Assembly: GCA_049967475.1 (NCBI GenBank)
Contig: JBMFSQ010000030.1
Span: 1-41,248, forward strand
DNA length: 41,248 nucleotides
DNA from: Chthonomonadales bacterium
Lineage (GTDB): Bacteria > Armatimonadota > Chthonomonadetes > Chthonomonadales > CAJBBX01
Direction: 5' to 3'
A program made the position numbers and the translations under genes. Positions 39,932 through 41,248 of this stretch are shown piece by piece. The notes under the pieces were generated by a model. It worked only from the letters and a program-made list of their open reading frames with translations. It was not told where the DNA came from and searched no databases. Every line of letters begins with the position of its first letter. The stretch's first letter is position 1.

Positions 39932-40378
39932 TTATCTGCGGCGCACCGCTTCAAGCCGTTCGGTAACCTCGCTCACGTAGTGACGCAATGCCCCAACAAC
40001 CTCTTCGAGCTGTTGGCGTTCGCGTTCATCCAGTCCCCCGAACTTACGTTCAATGCGACACGGTTCCAGATCATCAATGATCTCTTCAGAAAGTTGCCTA
40101 ATCAAGATAGCAAGCCAAAAGAGCGTGGCGCCTAACCCTTCTTGCGCCTCTCTGCGCTCCACGTGATCCGGCGCCATCGCCTGCACAGCTTGCTCCAAAC
40201 GCTTGTGCGCCTGCGCAAGGAGCCTCTCGATCGGCTGCCAGACCTGGGCAGGCATTGGCGTCAACGATTGCCCCGACATCGGGCTCTTGCCCTGCGCACC
40301 CACGCGTTCGATTTGGCGAACCAGTTCCTCGAACGCCACCAGCGATGCAAAAAGATGTGCCTGCTGGCCTTCCGTCAT
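39932..40378 (-). CDS. Alpha-helical hypothetical protein, possible dynamin partner domain
   Basis: GGAGG RBS; helical-bundle pattern; same strand as the flanking cluster. Confidence 0.75.
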   Translation of the reverse strand: MTEGQQAHLFASLVAFEELVRQIERVGAQGKSPMSGQSLTPMPAQVWQPIERLLAQAHKRLEQAVQAMAPDHVERREAQEGLGATLFWLAILIRQLSEEIIDDLEPCRIERKFGGLDERERQQLEEVVGALRHYVSEVTERLEAVRRR

Positions 40379-40398
40379 GCATCCTCCACATTAACGGC

Positions 40399-40488
40399 CT
40401 ACTCGCCGTTGGTGCCGCCCTTTCTTGAGTGGCGGTACACCTTGCGCAGGTTCAAAGCCCGAAGGAGTGGAGCAGCGCTGCTTCCCAC
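40399..40488 (-). pseudogene. 29-codon ORF resembling the N-terminus of an ABC transporter ATPase
   Basis: GGAGG 9 nt before GTG; (M)GSSAAPLLRALNLRKVYRHSRKGGTNGE*. Confidence 0.45.
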
Positions 40489-40491
40489 AGT

Positions 40492-41187
40492 CTATATCCT
40501 CCCGGTGCGCAGCACGCCGATGAGTTCCTGCATTTCCTTGGCCGGCAACGGCGCAGCTTCCAAACGCCGTACCGCCGCCTCCACCGAATACTCAATTTGA
40601 TGAAGCTCAACAGCCCCGTCATCCCACGTGGCATAACACGCAGTGGGCCTTCCGTGCTTAGGCTGCCCCACACTTCCGGGGTTGAGGACCAATCCTCTGC
40701 TGAGACGGCGCGCATAGGGCAAGTGCGTATGCCCCATCAGAACAACATCGGCGCTGATGCCCTCCAACTCCTGGAGAAGAACCGCTTCCAGAGGATCCCC
40801 ATGCACATATCGGTAGAGCGGATCCCGCGGGGATCCGTGCACGGCGAAAAATGTCGCCCCGGCGAATTCGAAGGATGCCGTGAGGGGAAGACTGCCCAGG
40901 TATGCTTTGTCTTCGTCGGTCAGCAGGGTGGTATGCCATGCAAGGGTCGCCGTTGCCATATTCCGGAATGCGGGCGAGCAGCGTGGATCCTCACCAAAGG
41001 CAATGGCATGGTCATGGTTCCCGCGCACGGCCACAGTAGCATTCCGCCGGATCCAGGCGACGCATTCTGCCGGCAGCGGTCCATAACTCACGGCGTCGCC
41101 CAGGAACACAACAGCATCGGCATCGGCGGGTATCGCACCGAGGGCTGCCCAATTAGCATGAATGTCAGACACGATCAGCAGCCGCAT
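40492..41187 (-). CDS. Metallophosphoesterase (calcineurin-like, YfcE/MJ0936-like)
   Basis: SDIHAN, LGDAV.YGP, GNHD, HGSP, GHTH and NPGSVGQP motifs; AGGAGG RBS before ATG 41187. Confidence 0.93.
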   Translation of the reverse strand: MRLLIVSDIHANWAALGAIPADADAVVFLGDAVSYGPLPAECVAWIRRNATVAVRGNHDHAIAFGEDPRCSPAFRNMATATLAWHTTLLTDEDKAYLGSLPLTASFEFAGATFFAVHGSPRDPLYRYVHGDPLEAVLLQELEGISADVVLMGHTHLPYARRLSRGLVLNPGSVGQPKHGRPTACYATWDDGAVELHQIEYSVEAAVRRLEAAPLPAKEMQELIGVLRTGRI

Positions 41188-41248
41188 GGCCGGTGCCCTC
41201 CTGCTGGAGATGGGTAACACGCCGCCGAATATGCCTCACCGCCGCCCG

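Noticed and set aside
1..41248. tRNA, rRNA, CRISPR array, transposase or prophage genes
   Set aside because: None recognised by eye; the intergenic gaps are short and lack the signatures

Overview
GC-rich bacterial chromosomal segment with about 34 CDSs. I found no rRNA, tRNA, CRISPR array or transposase. The gene mix (ECF/zinc anti-sigma, DUF1080, Gfo/Idh/MocA, FG-GAP/ASPIC proteins, many lipoproteins) suggests an Armatimonadota-like or Planctomycetota-like organism; this is inference only. Left to right: ECF sigma/anti-sigma/Pro-Gly-rich exported protein operon; GH5-like lipoprotein; polysaccharide deacetylase flanked by two YkgJ-type Cys-cluster proteins; YihY; DUF1080 + Tat Gfo oxidoreductase + GH127 glycan cluster; a degenerate Fpg/Nei homologue; two FG-GAP proteins; ketose 3-epimerase; ilvD; stand-alone receiver; guaA-hpt-rho-DUF151; DapA-family; PhyH; metH; larE-larB-Gfo; gpmA; and a terminal minus-strand cluster of metallophosphoesterase, helical protein, crcB, DUF190 and a dynamin-like GTPase. 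Main observations: (1) the dynamin/Fluc/DUF190 cluster, which also holds two gene remnants missing from the ORF track (an ABC-ATPase N-terminus and a cytidylate-kinase-like/MFS chimera); (2) a short metH leader with a SAM-I-like P3 element over the ribosome-binding site; (3) an intact Nei-like ORF missing its catalytic residues. All calls come from motif recognition by eye; no searches were run.
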